Source: Candidatus Shapirobacteria bacterium CG03_land_8_20_14_0_80_40_19 (lineage in GTDB: Bacteria; Patescibacteriota; Microgenomatia; UM-FILTER-40-11). Taken from it: a stretch of DNA of 55,105 bases. How positions within the stretch are numbered: the first letter of the stretch is position 1; every line of letters begins with the position of its first letter. Below are positions 43,810-52,507 of this stretch, in pieces. The position numbers were made by a program, and so were the translations under genes. The stretch spans positions 1 through 55,105 of the forward strand of contig PEVD01000009.1 in assembly GCA_002780305.1 (NCBI GenBank), written 5' to 3'. The notes beneath the pieces were generated by a model that had not been told where the DNA came from, did no database searches, and saw only the letters and a program-made list of their open reading frames with translations.

Positions 43810-44924
43810 GTTCCCAAGATTTTACTTTTGAAAGTGTAATTCAAGCTTTCGATTTCCTTTTCTCTTTCAAGTGCCAGCTCGACCAGTCTGTTAATCAACT
43901 GCGCCGGTTTAATTCCGGAAGCTTCCCATAAATAATAAGAAAGCGAACCGGGGATGGTATTGATTTCGTTAACAAAAACCTTACCGGTTTTCTTTTGAAA
44001 TAGAAAATCCATTCTGGCGCAACCCCAGCAGTTCAACTCCCGGAAAATTTTTCTGGTAGTTTCCTGAATTTCTTTGGCAATTTTATCGGGAATCGGTGCT
44101 GGCACAATCCGGCAAAGTCCGGCCATACCCTTGTTTTTGCCGCCCTTCAGATATTTTTCTTCAAATGTCAGAAATTGGCCATCAATTAAAGGTTGTTCGC
44201 AAACAGAAGTGATTGGTTTTTCTCCGCCCATGACTGCACAATTTATATCAACAGCGTCGGAAACTGCCTGTTCGATTAAAATTTTGTTGTCAAACTGCAT
44301 CGCTTTTTCTACTGCCTTTTTTAATTCATTTTTACTTTTTACTTTACTAATCCCAATACTGGAGCCGGCACGACTTGGCTTAACAAAAAAGGGATATCTT
44401 AATTTATTTTCAATCACAGTGATAATCTTATTTTGGTTATCGTGGTATTCTTCGGTTGTAAACCATTCGTAAGGGATTAAATTTAATTTCATACTTTCAA
44501 AGACCTTTTTCATCATCACTTTATCTATGCCCAAAGCGCTTCCAAGAACCCCGCTGCCGGTGTAAGGAATGCCATAAAAATCCAAAAGCCCCTGCAGTTT
44601 TCCGTCTTCTCCGTAAGCGCCATGCAAAGCCAACAGATAACAATCTAAAGATATTTTTTGGGGGAACAGTTTTTTGGCCACAATACCTTTGTTAATAAAA
44701 GTGATTTTTTGATTGTTCGAGAGAACTTTTTTTATAAATAGAGAATAGTTTTCTTTTTTTGGGAAAGGGCATAAAAAAGGTTGGTTTTGCCTGTCAATAT
44801 AAATCAGTACCGGGTTATATTTTTCTTTATCGATCCATTTAACTGTTTGTAAAGCAGTGACAATGGAGACTTCGTGTTCTGAGGATTTTCCTCCAAAAAC
44901 AACTCCCAGATTAATTTTTTTCAT
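43800..44924 (-). CDS. ddl: D-alanine--D-alanine ligase
   Basis: MKKINLGVVFGGKSSEHEVS, ATP-grasp fold, VNEINTIPGS. The internal ATG is preferred because it forms an ATGA overlap with the upstream gene. Confidence 0.9.
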   Translation of the reverse strand: MKKINLGVVFGGKSSEHEVSIVTALQTVKWIDKEKYNPVLIYIDRQNQPFLCPFPKKENYSLFIKKVLSNNQKITFINKGIVAKKLFPQKISLDCYLLALHGAYGEDGKLQGLLDFYGIPYTGSGVLGSALGIDKVMMKKVFESMKLNLIPYEWFTTEEYHDNQNKIITVIENKLRYPFFVKPSRAGSSIGISKVKSKNELKKAVEKAMQFDNKILIEQAVSDAVDINCAVMGGEKPITSVCEQPLIDGQFLTFEEKYLKGGKNKGMAGLCRIVPAPIPDKIAKEIQETTRKIFRELNCWGCARMDFLFQKKTGKVFVNEINTIPGSLSYYLWEASGIKPAQLINRLVELALEREKEIESLNYTFKSKILGTQK

Positions 44925-45226
44925 ACATGTATTAACAAACAACCTTTGTGCGGATAGAAACCGTTCCCTGTTTGCGAGCAAAACGGCGGTCTCGGTTGCG
45001 AATTATAATTAAGACATTCCCCTGTTGGCTCATTAAACCGATCACACTTATAGGTTCCAACAGAAGCTTCACGGCCATTAGGGGCGCGGACAATTTTTGA
45101 GCCCAACCGGCGGATAAACGGATAATCTCTCAGAGCTTTTTCTACGGATTTAGGATCAAACAACTCCTGAGTCAATTTGAAATTTAAGCAGCAATTTCTT
45201 GGGCAACCTTCACATAATTTAGCCAT
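44921..45226 (-). CDS. YkgJ-family (UPF0153) cysteine-cluster protein
   Basis: CEGCPRNCC (CxxCxxCC) plus further Cys residues. Confidence 0.65.
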   Translation of the reverse strand: MAKLCEGCPRNCCLNFKLTQELFDPKSVEKALRDYPFIRRLGSKIVRAPNGREASVGTYKCDRFNEPTGECLNYNSQPRPPFCSQTGNGFYPHKGCLLIHV

Positions 45227-45272
45227 TGCGGGTATTTTATCATTTTGCCGTTTCTTATGCTAGAATTGGGGC
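45227..45272. promoter_or_regulatory. Divergent extended -10 promoters for the ykgJ-like gene/ddl and for proS, both leaderless-type
   Basis: Plus strand: TGCTAGAAT (45258-45266), then 6 nt, then ATG 45273. Minus strand: TGATAAAAT (TAAAAT is the complement of 45234-45239), then 7 nt, then ATG (complement of 45224-45226). Confidence 0.6.
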
Positions 45273-46967
45273 ATGAGATATTCAAAACTTTTTGGCAAAA
45301 CAGTCAGAAATGCTCCCAAAGATGCGGTTTTAGAGAGTCATAAACTGCTTTTTAGAGCCGGGTTTATTCGCGATCTTTCTGCCGGCCGGTATCTTCTTAC
45401 TCCTTTAGGCTTCAAAGTTTTTGAAAAAATTATCAAAATCATTGACGAGGAAATGCAGACGATCGGCGGCCAGCGGGTTTCTTCCCCCACTCTTCACCCG
45501 CTTGAGCTTTGGCAAGCAACCCACCGAGATGTTGCTTTTGGCGAAGGATTGATGCGGGTGAAAGACCGGCGAGGAGCTTGGTTTGCCATTGGTGCGACCG
45601 CTGAAGCGGTAATGACCGAATTCGTTAAGAAGTTTTCCCCTTCCTGGCGTGATTTACCATTTGTGATTTACCAATTTTCCCAAAAATTTCGAGATGAACT
45701 ACGGGCAAGAGGTGGCCTAGTCCGAGTGCGCGAGTTTTTAATGAAAGATTCTTACTCGTTTGCGGCCGATGAAGAAAGCTCGCTTAAGTGTTATTGGGAC
45801 CATTTCCATGCTTACGAAAAAATAGCCGAAAGGTTAGGAATTAAAGTGATCCCGGTTGAAGCAGACAGCGGGGCTTTGGGGGGTGATTTCTGCCATGAGT
45901 TTATTACTCCTTGTGATTTTGGCGAGGACACGATTTTAACTTGTGAGTGTGGTTATCGGGCGAATAAAGAAAAAGCAGAATTTGTAAGGGAAAATATCAA
46001 TCTTGACGAAGAAGAAAAACCGCTGGAAATTGTCAGTCAGCCGGAATGGGTTGAAAGTATGGATGATAACGTTAAACATTACAATTTGCCGAAAAGCCGT
46101 TTTTTAAAAAATGTGGTATATAAAACAGCTAAAGGAAAGATCATTATTGCCGTTATCCGGGGCGATCTGGAAGTTAATGAAGTCAAATTAACTAAAGTGG
46201 TAAACGAAGGGGAGCTGATACCGGCAACCGATGAAGATTTAATTAAAATGGAGACAAAACCAGGGTGGGTGCATTGTTGGGGGCACCAAGCTTTGTATAT
46301 TGGTGATTTGTCTTTACAAACAGTCAAGAATTTTATCGGCGGCCAAAAAGAAAAAACCACTGACTGCGTTAATGTAAATTACGGCCGGGATTTTACTTGT
46401 GAGGTTTTGGCCGATATTACTGAAGCCCACGAAGGATATTTTTGCGGCAAGTGCCGGAAAGGAAAACTGAAAGAAATTCGGGGAATTGAATTCGGTCATG
46501 TTTTTAAATATGACGATTTTTATTCCAAAGCGATGAGGGCAACCTTTACCGATAAAAACGGCAAAGAGAAATTCCTGCAAATGGGGGCATACGGCATTGG
46601 GATAGAAAGAGCGATGGCGATCATTGTTGAGGCTCATCGTGACGAAAAAGGCATTATCTGGCCAAAATCAGTTGCGCCATATCAAGTGCACTTGGTGAAC
46701 TTAAATCCGAAATCCGAAATCCGAAATCCGAAACTGAATGCGGACGAAGTTTACGAAAAATTGCAAGCTTCAGGTATCGAGGTTTTATATGATGATCGGG
46801 AGGAAGTATCGGCCGGTGAGAAATTCGTCGATGCGGACCTGATCGGAATTCCGGTAAGACTGGTGGTTTCCGAAAGGAATGGAGATAAAATTGAATATAA
46901 GGGAAGAGACAAAAAGGAAAGCGAGCTTTTGGACTTAGAAGGAGTGGTAGAAAGATTAAAAGCGTGA
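45273..46967 (+). CDS. proS: Prolyl-tRNA synthetase
   Basis: HKLLFRAGFIRDLSAGRYLLTPLG. Class II motif 2 FRDELRARGGLVRVREFLMKDSYSF. GAYGIGIERA. Confidence 0.95.
   Translation: MRYSKLFGKTVRNAPKDAVLESHKLLFRAGFIRDLSAGRYLLTPLGFKVFEKIIKIIDEEMQTIGGQRVSSPTLHPLELWQATHRDVAFGEGLMRVKDRRGAWFAIGATAEAVMTEFVKKFSPSWRDLPFVIYQFSQKFRDELRARGGLVRVREFLMKDSYSFAADEESSLKCYWDHFHAYEKIAERLGIKVIPVEADSGALGGDFCHEFITPCDFGEDTILTCECGYRANKEKAEFVRENINLDEEEKPLEIVSQPEWVESMDDNVKHYNLPKSRFLKNVVYKTAKGKIIIAVIRGDLEVNEVKLTKVVNEGELIPATDEDLIKMETKPGWVHCWGHQALYIGDLSLQTVKNFIGGQKEKTTDCVNVNYGRDFTCEVLADITEAHEGYFCGKCRKGKLKEIRGIEFGHVFKYDDFYSKAMRATFTDKNGKEKFLQMGAYGIGIERAMAIIVEAHRDEKGIIWPKSVAPYQVHLVNLNPKSEIRNPKLNADEVYEKLQASGIEVLYDDREEVSAGEKFVDADLIGIPVRLVVSERNGDKIEYKGRDKKESELLDLEGVVERLKA
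46703..46734. repeat. 7-nt tandem array AAATCCG x4 (plus AAAC) inside proS
   Basis: aaatccgaaatccgaaatccgaaatccgaaac. Read through as ..NLNPKSEIRNPKLN.. Confidence 0.9.
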
Positions 46968-46993
46968 TCTTGTAATAATGATGGGTACTTTCA

Positions 46994-47494
46994 ATGGGAA
47001 AGATTAAAGAGTTCCATGAATTAACAGAAACATGTCGTTCATTAAGAAAAAAAGGTAAAAAAATTGGTTTAGTGACGGGCTGTTTTGATGTTTTCCATAT
47101 AGGTCATGTTAAATTTCTAGAATTTGCCAGAAGTCAGGTTGATTGTTTAATCGTTGGTTTGGAATCTGATAATTCGATTAAGGTTAATAAAGGACAAGGA
47201 CGACCAATTTTTAAATATCTTCAGCGAGCAGAAGTTTTAGCCAGTCTTCGGGTTGTGGATTTTATTTTTGAAATAAAAAATAACGTAAAGTTTGACTCCA
47301 ACAATCCTCCAAAGGTTTATCTTTCTATCCTTGAGCAGTTAAGGCCCTATGCTTTAATATCATCTCCCTGCGATAAGTATTTGGAGAATAAAAAGAAAGA
47401 TGCTGAAAAAGTTGGTGCAAAATTGATTTTATTTCACAAAAATCTTAATATTTCATCAACAGAGACGATAAAGAAAATTAAATTATTAAATTGA
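46994..47494 (+). CDS. Cytidylyltransferase-like nucleotidyltransferase (RfaE domain II / TagD-like)
   Basis: GLVTGCFDVFHIGHVKFL (HxGH motif). Confidence 0.75.
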   Translation: MGKIKEFHELTETCRSLRKKGKKIGLVTGCFDVFHIGHVKFLEFARSQVDCLIVGLESDNSIKVNKGQGRPIFKYLQRAEVLASLRVVDFIFEIKNNVKFDSNNPPKVYLSILEQLRPYALISSPCDKYLENKKKDAEKVGAKLILFHKNLNISSTETIKKIKLLN

Positions 47495-47519
47495 TGGACA
47501 ATATTAAAGGAAGTGTTTT

Positions 47520-47787
47520 GTGACATTAAAACAAAATCAAAAACAAGTTGACGCCTGGGCAGGTCAATTTAAGGTTCCATATTGGCAACCGTGCCTTGTA
47601 TGGACCGAAGAAAAAGAAACCGACTGAAAAAACTAAAGAATTAGCCGACGAAATGGCCGATGTAATTTTTACCATTATTTGTTTGGCTAATTCAAAAGGA
47701 ATTGATTTAGACGAAGCTTTTAAGCACATGATGGATAAATGTTACGGCAGAGACAAAGATCGGTACGAAAAAAAATTAACTTCTTGA
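47520..47787 (+). pseudogene. MazG-like nucleotide pyrophosphohydrolase, internally deleted and frameshifted
   Basis: Frame A (GTG 47520) reads VTLKQNQKQVDAWAGQFKVPYWQP, then stops at 47625-47627. Frame B reads ..ALYGPKKKKPTEKTKELADEMADVIFTIICLANSKGIDLDEAF..RDKDRY. The frame switch is at about 47591-47593. The about 17-19-aa EExxE helix expected between the two halves is missing. Confidence 0.6.
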
Positions 47788-47835
47788 GTAATCATTTTTT
47801 TCTGTTTCTTTAATATTGGATTTGATAAAATAAGA

Positions 47836-48177
47836 TTGGTGTTTAAAGTCCGTTTGTTTACTCCGAAAAATAAAATTTCTCCGATAAAGGAGTTTTTGGA
47901 TGATTGTAGTCCAAACTTAAGAACGAAAATTCTTCGTCAACTTAAATACGTGGAAGAATATGGTTTGAATCCCGCTATCCCGAACATCAAAAAAATTTCG
48001 GGAACTTCGTTATGGGAGTTAAGAATTCTCGGGAAAGACAATGTTCGGATTTTCTGTTTGTCTCTACCAAACGAAGAAGTCAAAATTTTACATATTCTTA
48101 ATAAGAAAAAGCAGAAAACCCCCGCAAGGGAATTAAATATTGCCCTTAAAAGAAGTCAAGAAGTACTTGACTTGTGA
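47836..48177 (+). CDS. RelE/HigB-type toxin (phage Gp49-like, DUF891-like)
   Basis: ..PIKEFLDDCSPNLRTKILRQLKYVEEYG...GTSLWELRILGKDNVRIFCL...ILHILNKKKQKTP. Toxin-first order. TTG or GTG start. Confidence 0.7.
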   Translation: MVFKVRLFTPKNKISPIKEFLDDCSPNLRTKILRQLKYVEEYGLNPAIPNIKKISGTSLWELRILGKDNVRIFCLSLPNEEVKILHILNKKKQKTPARELNIALKRSQEVLDL

Positions 48178-48195
48178 TATCTAATCAGATATCAT
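48167..48195 (+). promoter_or_regulatory. Internal promoter TTGACT-N17-TATCAT with palindrome TGATATC-N6-GATATCA, 6 nt before the antitoxin ATG
   Basis: ttgact at 48167-48172 and tatcat at 48190-48195. Inverted repeat arms at 48175-48181 and 48188-48194. Confidence 0.55.
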
Positions 48196-48201
48196 ACTTC
48201 T

Positions 48202-48480
48202 ATGAAAGATTTAACTGTAAGTGAGTATATTGGAGAACAACTTAAAGATCCGGAATTTAAGAAGGAATGGGAAAAAAGTGAAGCTGCTTATCAAGTTACC
48301 AGAGCGCTTATTGAGGCGCGCATAAAAGGTAAGATATCTCAGAGGCAACTTGCTGGTAAAGTGGGGACTACTCAGGCGGTAATATCGCGGATTGAAAATA
48401 TGAATGTCAGCCCTTCTATTGAGTTGCTTCAACGGATTGCTGATTCTTTGGGTAAGAGGTTGGAAATAAGATTTGCTTAG
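48202..48480 (+). CDS. XRE-family HTH antitoxin (HigA-like)
   Basis: ISQRQLAGKVGTTQAVISRIENMN. Confidence 0.8.
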   Translation: MKDLTVSEYIGEQLKDPEFKKEWEKSEAAYQVTRALIEARIKGKISQRQLAGKVGTTQAVISRIENMNVSPSIELLQRIADSLGKRLEIRFA

Positions 48481-48500
48481 AAAAATTTAAGGAGGAAAAA

Positions 48501-48758
48501 ATGACAACGGTTAAAAAATCAAAAAATAAAGAAACTTTTAAAGTCAGCGGGGAGCAGTTGATAAAAAAAATCAAAGAACTGGTGAAAGAAGGCAATGTCC
48601 GCCGGATTATTACCAAAGATAAATCCAAAAAGACGATTGTGAAATTTCCCCTGACTATCGGGGTAGTCGGGGCGTTGATTGCGCCCATCCTGGCGGCCGT
48701 CGGAGTTATTGCTGCCCTGGTCACCGAGTGTGAAATTACTGTTGAAAGAGAAGCGTAA
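48501..48758 (+). CDS. DUF4342-like small protein
   Basis: ..FKVSGEQLIKKIKELVKEGNVRRIITKDKSKKTIVKFPLTIGVVGALIAPILAAVGVIAALV. SD aggagg upstream. Confidence 0.55.
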   Translation: MTTVKKSKNKETFKVSGEQLIKKIKELVKEGNVRRIITKDKSKKTIVKFPLTIGVVGALIAPILAAVGVIAALVTECEITVEREA

Positions 48759-48774
48759 ATGGTATAATTTACTC

Positions 48775-50898
48775 ATGGCCAGGAGAAAAGGTTGGTTAAA
48801 ACGCCGGTTTCGGCTTCACTTAAAAAAAGACGCGGTTTTTTCCATTTCTTATGTCTTTCTTTTTTGCCTCGCTTTTTTAATCATTCTCTCTTTTACCAGG
48901 CAGGGGGTTTATCTTTTTAAGTTTAATTTGTTTTTATTGGAGTGGCTTGGCTGGGGAACGGTTTTTTTGGCTTTTTTCCTCTTTTTGGTCGGGTTGATGT
49001 TGACCAAAATCAGGATTCCCTGGAATGAGGCGGGAGTTTTGGTCGGCGGCAGCCTGGCGGCCGTTTCCCTGGTCGGTTTAACCAAGGCCGGGCTGGCGGG
49101 AACAGGGGTTTTTAATCTTCTTTCTTACGCCATTACTTCGATCGGGGCGGTGATTATTTTAACCGCCTGCGCGATTATCGGAATGGTGGTCTTTTTTAAT
49201 ACTTCTTTTGACCAGATTGTAATTTTCCTGGCTAAACTTTTCAAGCCGTTTAAAAATTTGGTTTTCGGTTTAAAGAAAAAAACACCGCAATTTATTCAAG
49301 AAAGATCGTCGATTGTTTCCGGAAGAAATGAATCTCTGTCTAAATTATCCTCTTCGTCCGCGGCTGCCAGAGAAAATGTCAGGACAATTAACCTCCGTGA
49401 CGATCAAGAATTACCGGAGGTAACAACCAATGTTCCCGGGGCCCAATCAAGTGTTTGGAATTATCCGCCGATATCACTGCTGGAAGACAAGGCAGGAGGA
49501 AAAGCCGACCGCGGCGATACGAAAAATAACGCGGCGACGATAGAAAGAACGCTTGACTCTTTTGGCATTTCCGCCAGGGTGGTGGAGATAAATTTGGGTC
49601 CGGCCGTTACTCAATATGCAATTGAAGTCGCCCTGGGGACGAAGTTGTCCAAAATAACCAGTCTCGCTAATGATTTAGCTTTGGCTTTGGCGGCCCCTAC
49701 CGGCCAAATCAGGGTTGAAGCGCCGATTCCCGGCCGGTCGCTGGTTGGGCTGGAACTTCCCAACCATTCACCGGAAATTGTGACCTTGAAACAAATTTTG
49801 AATTCTTCCGAGATGAAAGAGCAAAAAAGCAAGCTGGTTGTACCTTTGGGATTGGATGTTTCCGGCCGGCCTAAAATCGGCAATATTGCCAGAATGCCTC
49901 ATGTTTTAATCGCCGGACAAACCGGCAGCGGTAAATCGGTTATGTTAAATTCATGGATCGCTTCTTTTCTTTTCCGGTGTTCTCCTTCGGAGTTAAGATT
50001 GATTTTAATTGACCCCAAAAGAGTCGAATTCACCCAGTATAACGGAGTCCCCCATCTTTTAACTCCGGTCATTATTGAACCGAACAAGGTGATTTCCGCT
50101 TTAAAATGGGCGACGGCCGAAATGGACCGGCGTTATAAAGTTTTTGCTCAGGCGGGAGCCCGCAGTATCGAAACATACAATGAAATTTCCGGTTTTCAGG
50201 CCTTGCCGTATGTGGTGATTATTATTGATGAACTGGCGGATATTATCCTATTCTCTCCGGCCGAGGTGGAAGACAATATTTGCCGTGTCGCCCAAATGGC
50301 TCGGGCGACGGGGATTCACATGATAATTTCTACCCAGCGGCCATCGGTTGATGTTCTGACGGGTTTGATTAAAGCCAATATTCCCTGCCGGATTTCTTTT
50401 GCGGTTTCCTCAATGATCGATTCCCGGGTGATTATTGATGGTCCGGGGGCGGAAAAATTGCTCGGTCGGGGAGATATGCTTTATATTCCCCCTGACCAGG
50501 CCAAACCAACCAGAATTCAAGGATCTTTTGTCTCTGACGAGGAAGTGGGGAAGTTGATTGGCTACCTGGGTAAAACCGGAGTCAGGCCGGTTTATACGGA
50601 AGAAGTAACTGAAATTAAAGATACAGCCGGAGGCAGGGGTACTGGGGCTTCGGGATCAGAAAAAGATGAATTTTTTAATGAAGCGGTGAGAATTGTTTGT
50701 CAATTTGGCCGGGCTTCGTCCTCACTACTGCAAAGAAGACTTTCCATCGGTTATACGCGGGCGGCGAAAATTATCGACCAAATGGAGGAAGCGGGCATTG
50801 TCGGCCCTGGAGATAAATCAAAACCGAGAGATGTTTTAATTAAAGATCCCGAAGCCTTTTTGACTTCCCAGCAAATACAATCGGAGCGAGGACAGTAA
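48775..50898 (+). CDS. ftsK: DNA translocase FtsK/SpoIIIE
   Basis: N-terminal TM segments. Walker A GQTGSGKSV. Walker B VVIIIDELADI. Gamma wHTH LLQRRLSIGYTRAAKIIDQMEEAGIVGP. The ORF-track start at 48679 overlaps the previous gene. Confidence 0.95.
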   Translation: MARRKGWLKRRFRLHLKKDAVFSISYVFLFCLAFLIILSFTRQGVYLFKFNLFLLEWLGWGTVFLAFFLFLVGLMLTKIRIPWNEAGVLVGGSLAAVSLVGLTKAGLAGTGVFNLLSYAITSIGAVIILTACAIIGMVVFFNTSFDQIVIFLAKLFKPFKNLVFGLKKKTPQFIQERSSIVSGRNESLSKLSSSSAAARENVRTINLRDDQELPEVTTNVPGAQSSVWNYPPISLLEDKAGGKADRGDTKNNAATIERTLDSFGISARVVEINLGPAVTQYAIEVALGTKLSKITSLANDLALALAAPTGQIRVEAPIPGRSLVGLELPNHSPEIVTLKQILNSSEMKEQKSKLVVPLGLDVSGRPKIGNIARMPHVLIAGQTGSGKSVMLNSWIASFLFRCSPSELRLILIDPKRVEFTQYNGVPHLLTPVIIEPNKVISALKWATAEMDRRYKVFAQAGARSIETYNEISGFQALPYVVIIIDELADIILFSPAEVEDNICRVAQMARATGIHMIISTQRPSVDVLTGLIKANIPCRISFAVSSMIDSRVIIDGPGAEKLLGRGDMLYIPPDQAKPTRIQGSFVSDEEVGKLIGYLGKTGVRPVYTEEVTEIKDTAGGRGTGASGSEKDEFFNEAVRIVCQFGRASSSLLQRRLSIGYTRAAKIIDQMEEAGIVGPGDKSKPRDVLIKDPEAFLTSQQIQSERGQ

Positions 50899-50904
50899 GT
50901 TTTT

Positions 50905-51537
50905 ATGCGCACTGCCGGCGAAATATTATCGGGGAAAAGAAATCAACTGGGTTTGAGTCTTGATCAAATTGAAAAAGACACCAAAATTCGCAAGAAATAC
51001 CTTGAAGCGATTGAAAAAAACAATTACAGTTTTTTTTCCGAAAGTACCACCGTTAAGGGTTTTATCCGCAATTACGCTCTGATCTTGGAAATTCCTCCGG
51101 AAAATATTCTGGCAATTTTCCGCCGGGATTTTATTGAAAACGAAAAAGGTCAAATTATTCCCCGGGGATTTACCAAGGAAATAGAAGAAAAATCATTTCA
51201 TTGGACTCCCAAGATAACTTTTTTTCTTATTATTGGTTTGCTCCTTTTGTTTTTTTGTTATTTTTTTGCCAGCCAATACTTCCGTTTTTCTTCCCCGCCT
51301 CAGCTGGAAGTATATTCTCCCAAAGAAGAACAAGTTTTTAGAGAAAAAGTTGAAATTTCAGGCAAGACTGATAAAGATGCCACCGTTAAAGTTGACGGCA
51401 GTTTGATTGTTGTTTCTAAAGACGGTAGTTTTAAAGAAGAAATTGTTTTACCCAGAGGGGAAAATTTTTTAACAATTGAAACGGCCAACAGGCAAGGTAA
51501 AAAAAGAACTTTAAATATTAAAGTTAAAGTTGAATAA
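50905..51537 (+). CDS. RodZ-like HTH plus TM protein
   Basis: LGLSLDQIEKDTKIRKKYLEAIEKNNY, then a TM segment, then a beta-rich C-terminus. Confidence 0.6.
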   Translation: MRTAGEILSGKRNQLGLSLDQIEKDTKIRKKYLEAIEKNNYSFFSESTTVKGFIRNYALILEIPPENILAIFRRDFIENEKGQIIPRGFTKEIEEKSFHWTPKITFFLIIGLLLLFFCYFFASQYFRFSSPPQLEVYSPKEEQVFREKVEISGKTDKDATVKVDGSLIVVSKDGSFKEEIVLPRGENFLTIETANRQGKKRTLNIKVKVE

Positions 51538-51596
51538 ATAGTGATTGACAAAAGGGGAGGAAAATCGTTATTCTTAAGTTATATTGAACTGCCCGA

Positions 51597-51884
51597 ATGA
51601 CAATACCATATCTTAACCAAATTTTACTGAGTCTTGTCGTTACTACTTTGACGATTTTGCTGGCAATTTCCGGAGTTTATGTCATTCATATTCTTCAGGA
51701 GCTTAGGGAATCGGTTAAAAAAGTTAATAAAATTTTGGATGACAGCCAGACAATTTCTTCTTCTATTGCCAAACCGATTTCCGGTATTTCCGGTTTTATT
51801 ACCGGCATTAAAGGCGGGATGGATATAATTAACCTTTTTTTAAGCAAAAAACCTCATAAGTCTACCAAAGAGGAAGAAAAATGA
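51597..51884 (+). CDS. DUF948-like membrane protein
   Basis: N-terminal TM segment, then LQELRESVKKVNKILDD. Confidence 0.5.
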   Translation: MTIPYLNQILLSLVVTTLTILLAISGVYVIHILQELRESVKKVNKILDDSQTISSSIAKPISGISGFITGIKGGMDIINLFLSKKPHKSTKEEEK

Positions 51885-52330
51885 ACGAAGAAGAAAATAA
51901 TACCTCTGGTTTTTGGCTTGGACTCCTTATCGGAGGAGCGGTCGGTGCGGTTGCCGGATATCTTTTCAGTAGCGAAGACAAAAAACAAGCACTTGAGGAA
52001 ATAAAAGGAAAAGCGAAACTCCTTTTGGAAAATCTTGGTGAAATTAAGGATGAAACTTTGGAAAAAGGGAAAAAAGTCAAAAAAGTGATTGAGGCGGAAG
52101 TCGGGGAAGTGGTTAAAGAAGTAAAGTCCGGACAGGATGAAATTGCCAAAGAAGTTGAAGGAGTTCCCCAGGCAGCGAAAGAGGCGATCGACCGGGTTGA
52201 AAAAGCAGCCCAGGAGGCGGTAAAAAATATTTCCGAATCAGTTAAATCTTCAAATACCCGGATTGATCCCCGGAAAAAAGGTTTTGGCAAGTCTTTTTTC
52301 AAAAAAGGCAATGCTTTGGTTAAAAAATAA
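51881..52330 (+). CDS. YtxH-like protein
   Basis: GFWLGLLIGGAVGAVAGYLFS, followed by a long K/E-rich helix. Overlaps the previous stop (ATGA). Confidence 0.6.
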   Translation: MNEEENNTSGFWLGLLIGGAVGAVAGYLFSSEDKKQALEEIKGKAKLLLENLGEIKDETLEKGKKVKKVIEAEVGEVVKEVKSGQDEIAKEVEGVPQAAKEAIDRVEKAAQEAVKNISESVKSSNTRIDPRKKGFGKSFFKKGNALVKK

Positions 52331-52507
52331 CAAAAATGGGAAAAAAACAAATAACAGGTGGATCATTAAAGAAAGGTACTCCTACCCCTTTTTTCAAAAA
52401 GATGACGATAGCCACATAATTAGATTTTATGAGTTTATCGATACACTCATAACCAAATCCTTTCCACTCTTAAATTTCTAGACTAAATTATGGTAAAATA
52501 AGGCTAT

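Noticed and set aside
48679-48774. ORF-track start of ftsK at 48679
   Set aside because: It overlaps the DUF4342-like gene by 80 nt in another frame. MARRKGWLKRR.. at 48775 is a typical FtsK N-terminus.
52263-52481. 72-aa ORF after the YtxH-like gene
   Set aside because: It overlaps the YtxH-like 3' end out of frame and runs through the promoter region of the next operon.
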